Below, piece after piece: positions 1 to 8,930 of a stretch of 34,527 nucleotides of DNA. The position numbers and the translations under genes were made by a program. Location: the IMG/VR virus record IMGVR_UViG_2667527789_000014; one strand, written 5' to 3'. Numbering within the stretch: the first letter of the stretch is position 1; each line of letters starts with the position of its first letter. The notes beneath the pieces were generated by a model. The model had not been told where the DNA came from. It saw only the letters and a program-made list of their open reading frames with translations, and made no database searches. This DNA comes from a virus (Duplodnaviria > Heunggongvirae > Uroviricota > Caudoviricetes).

Positions 1-933
1 CCCAAAAAGAATTCAATTTCAATTTGTTTTACCGGATTTGACCAGTCTGATAAATCTCGCTTAAGTGCTCTTGCAAAAGAAAATGGTATTGATGTTAAGT
101 CTGATGTTGGAAAAAGTTTGTTTTTCCTTTGTGTAGGAAAGAACAAAGGGTGGCGGAAAGTTCAGAAAGCCAGCGATTATGGCGTAATTATTCTAACAGA
201 AGAACAATTTATCAATTTTATTGATACTGGTGAAATTCCTCTTGAGCAAGACTGCGTGGTTGAGAATGATATCAGTAAATCGCTTGAGAAGGATGTTAAC
301 ACTTACAAGAGTATGATAGATGAGTTCTCGCTTTCTATCCGTACTGTAAGGGAGTTTCGCCGTAGTAATGCGTTGATTGCGGTATTTGTTGATGGTTACG
401 CAGCTGGTTGGCGCTTTGCTGTAAAAGAGTGTTACAAGGATTCTTTGGATATAAAACTTACCCCAGTAAAAACAGAGTTTTTTAATTATGAAATTTGGAC
501 GCAAGGGGATTCCTTTCAGTTTAATCGCGGTGATGTTTTTTATAGTGATCGCCTGGCGTATGATTCTTATTGCGATTTTTTAAAGCTTGATGATGCTGTT
601 GTTCTTCAGGTGAAATATGAGTGCTTTTCTGGTTACGATTCTGTAAGTACTTTTGATGGTGTGATGGATGGTGAGTTTTCTTTTTCTCGTATGGAACCCA
701 GACCTGTCCATAAATTACCTGTGCTGATTGAAACTCAACTGTATGACCCCGGAAAGATTATTGTTGATGTTTTTGTTCCTGATGCTGCGAAAAAACAATT
801 AAAACTTAAAGACACCTTAGAGCTGAAGCAGGATGAATTTGTCTGTTTACTTCAGTCAGGGTGTTGTTGGGTTAAACGAAGGGAAGCAGGAGATAAGAAA
901 AAACCTGAATTTATTAACCTATTCAAAAAATAA
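1..933 (+). CDS. 3' part of a larger ORF whose 5' end lies outside the window; BRCT-like module followed by a ~230 aa domain of unknown function
   Basis: Frame +1 is open from base 1 to the stop at 931-933, so the listed start at 118 is internal. The first ~75 residues (ICFTGF...SRLSALAKENGIDVKSDVGKSLFFLCVGKNKGWRKVQKASDYGVIILTEEQFINFI) resemble a BRCT fold by eye. The remainder matches nothing I recognise. AT-rich relative to the prophage. Confidence 0.5.
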   Translation, partial: PKKNSISICFTGFDQSDKSRLSALAKENGIDVKSDVGKSLFFLCVGKNKGWRKVQKASDYGVIILTEEQFINFIDTGEIPLEQDCVVENDISKSLEKDVNTYKSMIDEFSLSIRTVREFRRSNALIAVFVDGYAAGWRFAVKECYKDSLDIKLTPVKTEFFNYEIWTQGDSFQFNRGDVFYSDRLAYDSYCDFLKLDDAVVLQVKYECFSGYDSVSTFDGVMDGEFSFSRMEPRPVHKLPVLIETQLYDPGKIIVDVFVPDAAKKQLKLKDTLELKQDEFVCLLQSGCCWVKRREAGDKKKPEFINLFKK

Positions 934-939
934 AAATAT

Positions 940-1346
940 AGCCCGCATATCGCGGGCAAATGTCTATGTAATTCAACGGAGAAAGGGTGCCATATCGACC
1001 GAACCCGGCAACCGGATAGCGGGGGCTTTCACCCCCGCTGCGGTTTCTTACGGTTTACACTGCAAGAACGCCGCAAATTCTGACCACATGATGTTAAGTC
1101 TGAACTCACACGGAGAACGGTGTATCATCCAGACGGTCAACAACATGGTTAAGCATAAAATGCTCACGATGATCGTTTTTTGCGGCATAGCGCTTGACTC
1201 CTTTTACAGGGAGGCGCTAACCTTCCACTTGTCACGGTAGGAAGTGTTAGGGCCTCGGGTTAACATTTAAGTTGACTCGGGGCCTTTCCACATCCGGCCT
1301 TCAGGTAATCCTTCCAGCCATCAGCCGAAAGGCACCCGCGTGTAAT
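940..1346. repeat. direct repeat copy 1 (~406 bp) carrying a hok-like toxin locus
   Basis: Near-identical (about 90 percent by eye) to 1663-2068. Both copies begin with the palindrome GCCCGCATAT(C/T)GCGGGC and end at GCACCCGCG(T/C)GTAAT. Confidence 0.85.
1048..1188 (-). CDS. hok: Hok-family type I toxin, HokA-like small membrane peptide (46 aa)
   Basis: Minus-strand translation gives MPQKTIIVSILCLTMLLTVWMIHRSPCEFRLNIMWSEFAAFLQCKP. It shares the MPQK start, hydrophobic helix and C-E-x-R...E-x-AAFL-x-C-K pattern with HokA as I recall it. AAGGAG lies 9 nt upstream. A 20-codon leader ORF ends in the Shine-Dalgarno region (mok-like coupling). A GC hairpin follows the stop. Below the 60 aa cutoff of the ORF track. 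Confidence 0.65.
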   Translation of the reverse strand: MPQKTIIVSILCLTMLLTVWMIHRSPCEFRLNIMWSEFAAFLQCKP

Positions 1347-1451
1347 GTACTGATTTCCCTTTGTGTGCGCAATGCCTGGCGTTGAAGCAGACAACGCTAT
1401 CGCACTGGTGATATTCTTTCGCACAGGCTTACTCTGTCCTGTGTCGGGGCG

Positions 1452-1655
1452 ATGAAAATGATTCTTTCAAGAAAAAAAATTGAAATTGAGGTTGTGCAAA
1501 GTGGAACGGCTGATAATCCTGAGACGGTTACAAAAATAAAGGTTTCACGCCCGGAAGATCTTGAAGCGTGTGGTGTTATCGTGGAAAAAATTTGTGCTAT
1601 TCATGCAAAATCAGTTAATACCACTGCCAGTAACGACCACAATAAATACAACTGA
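1452..1655 (+). CDS. hypothetical small protein (67 aa) between the two hok-like repeats
   Basis: ORF with GGGG upstream and the repeat-borne palindromic hairpin immediately after the stop. No recognisable motif. Coding status uncertain. Confidence 0.3.
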   Translation: MKMILSRKKIEIEVVQSGTADNPETVTKIKVSRPEDLEACGVIVEKICAIHAKSVNTTASNDHNKYN

Positions 1656-1662
1656 ACAAAAA

Positions 1663-2068
1663 AGCCCGCATATTGCGGGCAAATACGTCTGTAATCCAAT
1701 GGAGAAAGGGGTGCCATATCGACCGAACCCGGCAACCGGATAGCGGGGGCTTTCACCCCCGCTGCGGTTTCTTACTGTTTACACTGCAAGAACGCCGCAA
1801 ATTGTGACCACATGATGTTAAGCCTGAACTCACACGGTGACTTGTGTATCATCCAGACAATCATCAAAATAGTTATGCATAAAATGCTCACTATGATCGT
1901 TTTTTGCGGCATAGCGCTTGACTCCTTTTACAGGGAGGCGCTAACCTTCCACTTGCGAGGTAGATGGGTTAGGGCCTCGGGTTAACATTTAAGTTGACTC
2001 GGGGCCTTTCCACATCCGGCCTTCAGGTAATCCTTCCAGCCGTCAGCCGAAAGGCACCCGCGCGTAAT
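1663..2068. repeat. direct repeat copy 2 (~406 bp) carrying a second hok-like toxin locus
   Basis: Aligns base for base with 940-1346 apart from scattered substitutions. Confidence 0.85.
1772..1912 (-). CDS. hok: Hok-family type I toxin paralog (46 aa)
   Basis: Minus-strand translation gives MPQKTIIVSILCITILMIVWMIHKSPCEFRLNIMWSQFAAFLQCKQ, the same architecture as the copy at 1048-1188 with six substitutions. Confidence 0.65.
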   Translation of the reverse strand: MPQKTIIVSILCITILMIVWMIHKSPCEFRLNIMWSQFAAFLQCKQ

Positions 2069-2770
2069 TTACCTTTTACGTCCGTTACGTGCAACGGATG
2101 ACGTGGCTGTTTTTCCTTCCCCTTCGCCATCCTTTTTCGGAGCAGTTGTGCAAAAGTGTGCAAAAGTGATTTTTGTTGCCACTTCCCGCCAGGCCGCGCC
2201 AGTTCTGGCTTTCCTGATTTTTTCGTTTTCGTCGCCGGATCCTTTTTCAGATCTTCGATCGTGACGTAATTTTAAAAATCTCTTGTTATTCAGTGCATTA
2301 AAATTTTTCGGGATCCTCAGAAAGCCGGAGTTTTTGCACACTTTTGCAAAACCTTGCACAAAGTGCAAAACCATTCAGAAGGGAAATCCTCAGTAATGGC
2401 GCGCCCTGGCGGGGTGTTTTGCACCCCTTTCGATTTGCAAAATTTATCGTACACAAATACCGGAGGCGTGTGCGGGGTAGCGCCGATTACGTCACTTTAC
2501 GCGTTACGTCGCCCCCGAAAATTTCCGGCCATTTGCGGCGATTCTGGGGCGCAGAAATCGTTTTCTGATGTCAGGGGATCGAATCGGGCTGGCGGGGTTA
2601 TCTCTTCGTTACGTGGCGTTACGTGACGTTTTACGCGGGGATTACGTGGGGCGTTTCGTCCATCTTTTTTTCTGCTGCGGACGGTTTTTCGTGGTGGGTG
2701 ATGTCCGTTGATGAATATTTTTTATTGTCGGGGGAATAAAAAAGGCCACATTGCGCGGCCTGTTAAAGTG
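2069..2770. promoter_or_regulatory. non-coding repeat-dense region: TTACG(T/C) iteron-like motifs, TGCAAAA repeats, GATC cluster; possible prophage end/arm or origin-like region
   Basis: At least 10 copies of (A/G/T)TTACG(T/C) in both orientations, clustered at 2075-2095, 2485-2510 and 2600-2650. TGCAAAAGTGTGCAAAAG at 2149-2169 recurs inverted at 2332-2352. Five GATC sites fall within 2238-2580. ORFs in the track here look spurious. Confidence 0.4.
2733..2761 (-). terminator. intrinsic terminator at the end of the late (tail) operon
   Basis: Minus strand reads AGGCC-gcgcaatgt-GGCCT followed by TTTTTTATT, directly downstream of the stop at 2776. Confidence 0.5.
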
Positions 2771-2775
2771 AATGA

Positions 2776-4449
2776 TTATTCGATTATTGGTGAATATTTA
2801 TTTTTAAGCTGGCGGCACTCCTGAGCGACCTGGCTGAACTGTGCGGCCTGCGGAGACGTGCCCGTTTTGGGGTGGGTATGTGATGCCGTAATATCGGCCA
2901 GCTCTTCCACCACATCGGCAAGGTCCGTCAGCATGGTCAGTACATTAATGCCCTCGTTTCCCAGCTTCACCGTATCGCCAACCAGCTTCTGCGCCAGCGC
3001 AATACTGTGACGGACGCCCTTAATCTTTTCGGTAAGGCTGCCGCCCACGGTGTCCAGTGTGTCGCCTTCCACGTCGCGCTCACAGGTACCGGCAACCACC
3101 ATCATGTGCCCGCCCGTGCTGATGCTGTAGTTCTCTTCAGTGATATGGGTGACTGCGCCAGCCTGAAGCGTGGATACGCCCAGGACGGTGGTTGTGTCGG
3201 TTGCCTGTATGGTGGTCTCCCGGCTGGTCAGGCTCCGCGTCTCCTCGTCTGCGCTCACCACGCGCTCGCGTGATGTCTCCTGTATCCGCTGGTCTGTCTG
3301 GCGCTCCCAGTCTCCGGCGACCGTCACGCGCTGCGATACGCCGTCGCGCTGTTGCTGCAACTGCTCGCCCGGCTTCACGTCGGGCAGATTGTGGCCCTCT
3401 GCCATTATCTGGCGGATGAAGGGCTTATCCGCCCGGCCTTCCACAAATCCCACTTCCACCAGGGTTCCGGGTGGCGGGAACTGGAACATGCCGGACTCAC
3501 TGCCCGCCATGGGAACGGGGAGGGGAACGGCGTTATAGACGGGCGTATCTGCTGCCGGGTTGCCGTTCTCGTCAAGCAGCTGGAGATTCACCGCGTAGCG
3601 GGGTCTGAACGGGTCGGCAATATTGCCCGCGCTGACGGCTTCGGTCGGTGCCTCAACACGTGCCAGTTTGGGCAGGTGAAGCCCTGATGCCAGCTCAGGG
3701 AAGGCCTTTTCAGCCTGGCGACGGAAAGGGGACTTCTGGAGGGGAGCGCCGGTAGCTTTATTGCGCGGTGTCCACGTGATGGTCATGTTGTCATCTTCCA
3801 GCATGACCATCGTCAGGCGCTGACCGTTCACCTCCACACCCGGTCGCAGCGTCTGAATCATCGGGAGGGTCATACTGTGCCCGCCCGTTGATGCCTGGCT
3901 GAACTCGTGCGGGATGGTGACGGGGCGACCGGAAAACATCCCCTGCGCGGCAGCAGCGGCCATAATGCCGCCGTCCGGTAACGGATGCCAGATGTAATCC
4001 GGTACGGAGAAAATACGCCCCAGACTGGCCAGCAGTTCGTAGCCCGTGCCGCTGTGTGTGAAATGCGGAACGGGTCTGTCAGTGTAAGCCGCGTTGTCCG
4101 GCAGGATGATTTCCAGCCCGCTGGTCTCACTCAGCCACTGTGTGACCGTGCGCATTGTCGGGTGCTGAAATGAACAGGGGAAGGGGTGATCAAGGATCCC
4201 CGCCATTTCACGAATCAGAAGCCGCACCGAGCCGTTTTCAGCGGGCTGGCTGCGTTCAACGTATCCGGTAAACCAGCGCACCAGGTCGTTTCCGTATCCG
4301 ATATCGAGACGAACGGGGCGCCCGGTGTAGTTCTGCTCTGTTCTGGCCGTGATAAATCCGCGTCCGCACGCGTTCAGCTCAAGCATGACGGAACAACTGA
4401 CCAGCTGAATGGTGTCGTTACCCAGTAACAGACGTTTAGTGGGGTTCAT
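2776..4449 (-). CDS. baseplate hub/central spike protein, fused gpD-like plus gpV-like (VgrG-like architecture)
   Basis: 557 aa. The segment PPGTLVEVGFVEGRADKPFIRQIMAEG matches the gpV/gp5 OB-fold signature by eye, followed by a Thr/Val-rich repetitive C-terminal region. Last gene of the tail operon. Confidence 0.5.
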   Translation of the reverse strand: MNPTKRLLLGNDTIQLVSCSVMLELNACGRGFITARTEQNYTGRPVRLDIGYGNDLVRWFTGYVERSQPAENGSVRLLIREMAGILDHPFPCSFQHPTMRTVTQWLSETSGLEIILPDNAAYTDRPVPHFTHSGTGYELLASLGRIFSVPDYIWHPLPDGGIMAAAAAQGMFSGRPVTIPHEFSQASTGGHSMTLPMIQTLRPGVEVNGQRLTMVMLEDDNMTITWTPRNKATGAPLQKSPFRRQAEKAFPELASGLHLPKLARVEAPTEAVSAGNIADPFRPRYAVNLQLLDENGNPAADTPVYNAVPLPVPMAGSESGMFQFPPPGTLVEVGFVEGRADKPFIRQIMAEGHNLPDVKPGEQLQQQRDGVSQRVTVAGDWERQTDQRIQETSRERVVSADEETRSLTSRETTIQATDTTTVLGVSTLQAGAVTHITEENYSISTGGHMMVVAGTCERDVEGDTLDTVGGSLTEKIKGVRHSIALAQKLVGDTVKLGNEGINVLTMLTDLADVVEELADITASHTHPKTGTSPQAAQFSQVAQECRQLKNKYSPIIE

Positions 4450-4451
4450 GG

Positions 4452-4994
4452 TTACTCCAGCGCATCATTGACGGGTTTGAGGACCTTTTCTTCGAACCAG
4501 GTCATTTTCTCCGGTGTTTCGTCGGCCACGGTTTTGCCTTTTGCGCCGGGCGTCTGCGGTGTCTGTTTACGGCTGCTGGCGGGTGCGGCGCGTGCCTGGC
4601 GTTTTTCCGGTACGCTTCGTCTTTCGCGTAATGTGAAGCTGACCTGCCAGGCGAGGCGGTCGGTCTGCTGCTGTGCGTCTATCTGCCCGGAAAATGTCCC
4701 TTCACGAAAGTTAATGGCGGCAGCGGTGGCGTTTGCGATACGGTAAACTTTCAGGGCACCGTCCCCGGTGGTGGCAGAGGCCAGCTGGAAAATGCGCTGA
4801 AGGGCCCGCTCATTGTCAAAGGTGATCATCCCGGTTACGCGAAGCTCTTTGGCCTTGATGCCCTGCTCGGCGTTCGCGGTGCTCGATGTCTGACCGGACT
4901 GGTCCTTTTCCTGGAACTGCATCGAGGGCGAAATCACCATGTTCTGCATGAAAATACCCTCACCATCAAGGGCGAGTAGTGCGGTCTGGCTCAT
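4452..4994 (-). CDS. hypothetical tail/baseplate-associated protein
   Basis: 180 aa ORF tightly packed between neighbours. Start may be an internal Met at 4949 or 4940, since 4994 overlaps the upstream gene by 29 nt. No motif recognised. Confidence 0.35.
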   Translation of the reverse strand: MSQTALLALDGEGIFMQNMVISPSMQFQEKDQSGQTSSTANAEQGIKAKELRVTGMITFDNERALQRIFQLASATTGDGALKVYRIANATAAAINFREGTFSGQIDAQQQTDRLAWQVSFTLRERRSVPEKRQARAAPASSRKQTPQTPGAKGKTVADETPEKMTWFEEKVLKPVNDALE

Positions 4995-5691
4995 GGATCA
5001 TTTTCCCCAGTTCGGTTAATGAGTCTGCCGCCAGGAGTGCGGCCACAGTATGTACAGCGGTCGGTGCCGGGATATCCTTCACCATGGCCGCCGCTGCGGC
5101 GCGGTGATACCCCCGGTACTGAAATACCCAGGCCTGCGCCTTCTGTTCTGCCAGTGTTCTGATCCCCTCTTCCAGTCCGGCAAGTGCGCCAGCCCGTCTG
5201 CTGATAAAGCGGCTTATCTGGCGGCGAAGCCCTGCGGCATCCGGGCGTTGTGCTGCCAGCTGCCTGGCCTGTGCTGCACGGGCGGCGCTGACTGCGTTGC
5301 GCATTGTGGCAACGGAAAAATGAACAGGTGCGGGCAGGGTGTCGGTGGTGATCGGGATTTGCATTTTGTCAGTGCTCAGACTGGCGGCAGCCTGCGCCAT
5401 GCGCTGTGCCTGCGTGAATACCGGCACGGGCAGAACGGCGGTCAGTGCCGCCATTGACTGTATAAAAAGATCGTGGGTGTTTTCGGCAATCATGATAATG
5501 GTCACGTCGCCGGATGCACGGCTTCCGGCCATTTTCCCGGCCAGCCAGTTTATGGCGTTCGGAGGGCTTAAATATACCCCCGATTCTTCATATCGTCCCA
5601 GCCCGTAAGTCCACGGTGTGACGGGGATGACGGAACAGCTCAGCGGGGGCATGTCAGCGCTGACGCTGATTGTTTTTCTTGTCCACGTCAT
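4966..5691 (-). CDS. hypothetical tail-associated protein
   Basis: 241 aa ORF starting 12 nt after the tail fibre assembly gene. GC-rich like the structural module. No motif recognised. Confidence 0.35.
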   Translation of the reverse strand: MTWTRKTISVSADMPPLSCSVIPVTPWTYGLGRYEESGVYLSPPNAINWLAGKMAGSRASGDVTIIMIAENTHDLFIQSMAALTAVLPVPVFTQAQRMAQAAASLSTDKMQIPITTDTLPAPVHFSVATMRNAVSAARAAQARQLAAQRPDAAGLRRQISRFISRRAGALAGLEEGIRTLAEQKAQAWVFQYRGYHRAAAAAMVKDIPAPTAVHTVAALLAADSLTELGKMIHEPDRTTRP

Positions 5692-5702
5692 GGTGCCTCC
5701 GG

Positions 5703-6299
5703 TCAGCCTGCGTGATGATCCGGCGAAGGGGATTCAGGCCAGACAATATCCGGCGCGTTGCCCGTGTCTGTCCGGCTCAGTAATACCCGGTATTTTTTCC
5801 ACAGGGGAAGCAGGGCGCTTTCATCGTCGGTCGCCATATTTAAATCCACGGCATCCTGGAGGATGTTTATTGTATTTGTTGCTTCCTGTATTAATTCCCG
5901 TTTTTTATTCTCCGCCTCGCTCACCCGGTAAGCCTGTTCTGCTGCTTCATCCTTAACCCATGATGAACCATCCCACCGGCAGAACTCCCCGTCCGGTTTT
6001 ATTTCTGTCACGTTTTCCGGCAACGGTCCCGGCCCGGAAATGAATAAGGCAGCCCCCGAGTCCAGACGCCAGACGGTTTTACCCCGGTGATCTTCCATGA
6101 GGTGCCAGGTGTTTTCGTCCTCATCAAAGATAGCCACGTGTCCTTCAGGAATGTCAGGCGGGGCAATGTCCGTTGAGTGCGCAGGCAGTCCGGTATGCGG
6201 AGGGATCCAGGCATCGCCTTCGCCGATAAATTCATTTGTTCCGGCTGACAGGTTGTAGATTTTAATTGTCTGTGGGTGTTCGCTCATTTTAAAGGTCAT
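5703..6299 (-). CDS. tail fibre assembly protein (Tfa, P2 gpG-like)
   Basis: 198 aa. [47 protein letters not shown] and the C-terminal WPESP region are typical of the Tfa chaperone family. Stop overlaps the fibre gene. Confidence 0.7.
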   Translation of the reverse strand: MTFKMSEHPQTIKIYNLSAGTNEFIGEGDAWIPPHTGLPAHSTDIAPPDIPEGHVAIFDEDENTWHLMEDHRGKTVWRLDSGAALFISGPGPLPENVTEIKPDGEFCRWDGSSWVKDEAAEQAYRVSEAENKKRELIQEATNTINILQDAVDLNMATDDESALLPLWKKYRVLLSRTDTGNAPDIVWPESPSPDHHAG

Positions 6300-8359
6300 T
6301 ATGCAAGCCTCACGATGTAGTTAAATGCGATGTTTTTGACGGTGTTTTCCGCATTACCGGTGGGGTTAATGGTCAGGCCGTGGCCATGTTGACCCAGTGC
6401 GAGCGTGTGGATGTGTTCGCCAATGCTTACCGAATGTGTGTGTTCCGAAACTCTGGCGATCAGGTTCGCCCCGGAGCCCGGCCCGTATGCGGTCCAGTCA
6501 CCGCTGCCTTCCGGTGACGCGATGGCGGTTCTTAATGATATTGTTGCGCTGAACGGCCCCGCGCTGTTTGTTGTTTTTGTGCCGTAATTGAAGGATGAGG
6601 TCGTTTTTGTGCCAAGGTCAGTATTTGAGACGCTCCCTCCGTGGGTGTGCGATTTGATGCCGTCCTGCTCCTGTGACAATACCGCACGACCGCTGGCAGG
6701 TTTTCCCTTGATTGTCCAGCCACGCATATCCGGGATGCGACCGTCCGGATAGGCTTTTGCCAGCAGGGGATATTGCGCTTTATCGAATGTCTGCCCCACC
6801 ATGATGGCGTAACCGGCAGGTGGGGTGTCTGACGGCCACGGCAGGGGAACACCTGCGGGTAACAACTCACTTGCAGGCAGTGCGCCGATGTCCTGTGGTG
6901 TGGGTTTGTTTTTGTCCGTGTAAGTGCGGTACCAGATGGCGCTTTTCCCTTTACTTAAAATAACTCCGGTGAACTGTGTGCGGTGAGGTCTGGTGATGTC
7001 TTCAGGGGATTCAATGCCTGTAGTGATCCTGATGAGCCCCCCGTTGATGTCGCCTGATACTTCGATAAGGCAGCCTCCAAGGCAGATATCGCCATAGCCC
7101 GTATCAGTGAGCACGCTGTGCTGTGACAGTGAAATATTGGCTTTGAATATCCAGAGTCCTGGTCTGAAGGCGCCACGTTCATTCAGCCATTCCACGAATT
7201 GTTCCGTTGTCCAGCGTTGCCCTGCTTTACCCACGTACCCGTCTTTTGCATAAACGCGTGGTGCGCCCACGTTGATCAGGAACAGCTCCTTGTTGGGGAT
7301 GTCCTCACCATTGCGGTTTTTCGCAAGCCGACCATCGGCGTTGTCCATGGCGATCTTTATAGCCTTTGGCGTGGCTGCCTGTGTCTCTGATGTACTGGTG
7401 GTGGCGCTGCTTAACTGTGTGAAGCCCTTTTCTTTCAGCGTTGCGTCCGGGTGGTTGCGTGATTTCTCGTGTTTTTTCAGGGCGTCCAGACTGCGGCGCT
7501 CTTCCGGGGTTCCTCTGGGGCGGAGGTCAGTCACGTTGCCGTCTTCATCAATTTCAGCGATGGCACAAAAATATTGCTGAATGCCGTCCCTCGGATACGT
7601 TTTCCGTAAACGCTCTTCCGTAACGTCCGGGTCGGCTGTTATGATTTCGTGCTCTGTCGCCCATTCACTGGTGAGCGTGCCGGTCCACCACACATTCAGC
7701 CAGATACGGGACGGGAAGGCGGGCGTGGTCATGGGGTGGTGAGTGCTCAGCTCTGCGCGTAGCCCCTCCACGTAACCCACCCCTTTGTTGACTGTCCAGG
7801 TTTCGCCTTTCTTAACCAGCCACCCGTCATCAAAAAAAGTTGCCTTCCCGTAGATATCGACGTTTTCGCGGCGCTGGCGTTCGTCCATGGATGCCAGGCG
7901 TGCCGTGAAGTCTATCTGCCAGGTCTGCGCCGGGGTGGTGATACCTGTGGCTTCCTTCGCACCGCTGTACTCCATGAGCATGGAACGGACCAGCACATTA
8001 CCTTCGTTACCGTTGTGGGTTCTGATTTTTTTCTGTGTGGGGGCGTGAACAATCATGGCCAGCGTGCTGGTTGCTTTGCTGACCAGTCCCACCCAGTTAA
8101 ATTCAAAATCACCCAGCTCTGCCCCCAGGGTGACCGAATAAACCACGGCATTCTCATTCACCACGCCGGTTTTGCCGGTAGCCTGGCGGTGCACAATCTG
8201 ATCTTCAGGCGGCAGGGTTTCGTCGGGGGATACCGGTGTTTCCGGGTTGAGGTCCGGGACGTTTGCAAAAATAAACTCATCCAGCACAACGGGGGTGCCT
8301 TCCGCCGCCTGCTGTGCCTTGAGCCGGATAAAGGCGCTGGTAATTACAGATTTCGCCAT
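6299..8359 (-). CDS. tail fibre protein (gpH-like)
   Basis: 686 aa with a conserved-looking N-terminal fibre attachment region ([19 protein letters not shown]...[11 protein letters not shown]) and a Gly/His-rich C-terminus ending [11 protein letters not shown]. Followed by the Tfa gene. Confidence 0.65.
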   Translation of the reverse strand: MAKSVITSAFIRLKAQQAAEGTPVVLDEFIFANVPDLNPETPVSPDETLPPEDQIVHRQATGKTGVVNENAVVYSVTLGAELGDFEFNWVGLVSKATSTLAMIVHAPTQKKIRTHNGNEGNVLVRSMLMEYSGAKEATGITTPAQTWQIDFTARLASMDERQRRENVDIYGKATFFDDGWLVKKGETWTVNKGVGYVEGLRAELSTHHPMTTPAFPSRIWLNVWWTGTLTSEWATEHEIITADPDVTEERLRKTYPRDGIQQYFCAIAEIDEDGNVTDLRPRGTPEERRSLDALKKHEKSRNHPDATLKEKGFTQLSSATTSTSETQAATPKAIKIAMDNADGRLAKNRNGEDIPNKELFLINVGAPRVYAKDGYVGKAGQRWTTEQFVEWLNERGAFRPGLWIFKANISLSQHSVLTDTGYGDICLGGCLIEVSGDINGGLIRITTGIESPEDITRPHRTQFTGVILSKGKSAIWYRTYTDKNKPTPQDIGALPASELLPAGVPLPWPSDTPPAGYAIMVGQTFDKAQYPLLAKAYPDGRIPDMRGWTIKGKPASGRAVLSQEQDGIKSHTHGGSVSNTDLGTKTTSSFNYGTKTTNSAGPFSATISLRTAIASPEGSGDWTAYGPGSGANLIARVSEHTHSVSIGEHIHTLALGQHGHGLTINPTGNAENTVKNIAFNYIVRLA

Positions 8360-8381
8360 AAAGTCATACTCCTTCAGTCAT

Positions 8382-8930
8382 TCACTCTGCCCTGGCCGTC
8401 CAGCAGATATACTCCCCTTCGTATGCGCCATAATGGATGATGAAGGGGTTGAGGGTTTCCACCTCAAAACGGTAACGGCGGCATGTCCTGCCATATTTGC
8501 GGATGATCTCCAGAAGAAGATCGCTGTTGTCGGCTATCTGGCTGTCTGTCACCTGCACCAGGATCACATCCCAGTCCACGCCGGGCTGGCGCTCGAGTAA
8601 CTCCACGTAGCCGATGCCCAGCCGTTCAAAAATGGCGATAAAGCCCGCCACCTCGCCAGCCTCCTGTGCATTGATGAAGGCGTAACTGATGCGGCGGCGG
8701 TAGATCTCCGTGGGTTCTCCTTTAAAGCGGGTGATGTCCCGCTCCCATGCCAGTAAATCAAGTACAGGCTCTGCACATGTCATGGGGTCAAACTGGCGCA
8801 CGGGCCAGGTGATCCATTCCCATACGCGGGACCAGAACGCCTGCGCGGCCCGCAGCAGTTTGTCGGGTTCTCCCCTGTCCATCCATGAGGGCAGTTTCAG
8901 CGAGCGAAGCCGCTGCAAAAAGTCATTCAA
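8382..8930 (-). CDS. baseplate/tail protein, P2 gpI-like
   Basis: 182 aa, positioned between the J-like and fibre genes as gpI is in P2. Confidence 0.45.
   Translation of the reverse strand: MNDFLQRLRSLKLPSWMDRGEPDKLLRAAQAFWSRVWEWITWPVRQFDPMTCAEPVLDLLAWERDITRFKGEPTEIYRRRISYAFINAQEAGEVAGFIAIFERLGIGYVELLERQPGVDWDVILVQVTDSQIADNSDLLLEIIRKYGRTCRRYRFEVETLNPFIIHYGAYEGEYICWTARAE

Noticed and set aside
833-1240. Plus-strand ORFs 833-1240 and 1561-1743 overlapping the hok repeats
   Set aside because: They run through the terminator palindrome and antisense to the conserved Hok peptide frame, and their translations are not conserved between the two repeat copies.
940-2068. Tandem ~406 bp repeats as an insertion sequence or miniature transposable element
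   Set aside because: No transposase ORF and no terminal inverted repeats. Each copy instead encodes a Hok-like peptide with leader ORF and hairpin.
2230-2320. Cluster of GGATCC, AGATCT and CGATCG sites resembling a synthetic polylinker or vector contamination
   Set aside because: All are GATC-containing hexamers within a natural-looking AT-rich repeat region, and flanking sequence is continuous with the iteron motifs. More simply explained as a Dam-site cluster.
6299-8359. Diversity-generating retroelement or invertible G/C-type segment acting on the tail fibre
   Set aside because: No reverse transcriptase, no template repeat, no invertase gene, and no inverted repeats flanking the fibre C-terminus or Tfa gene were seen.
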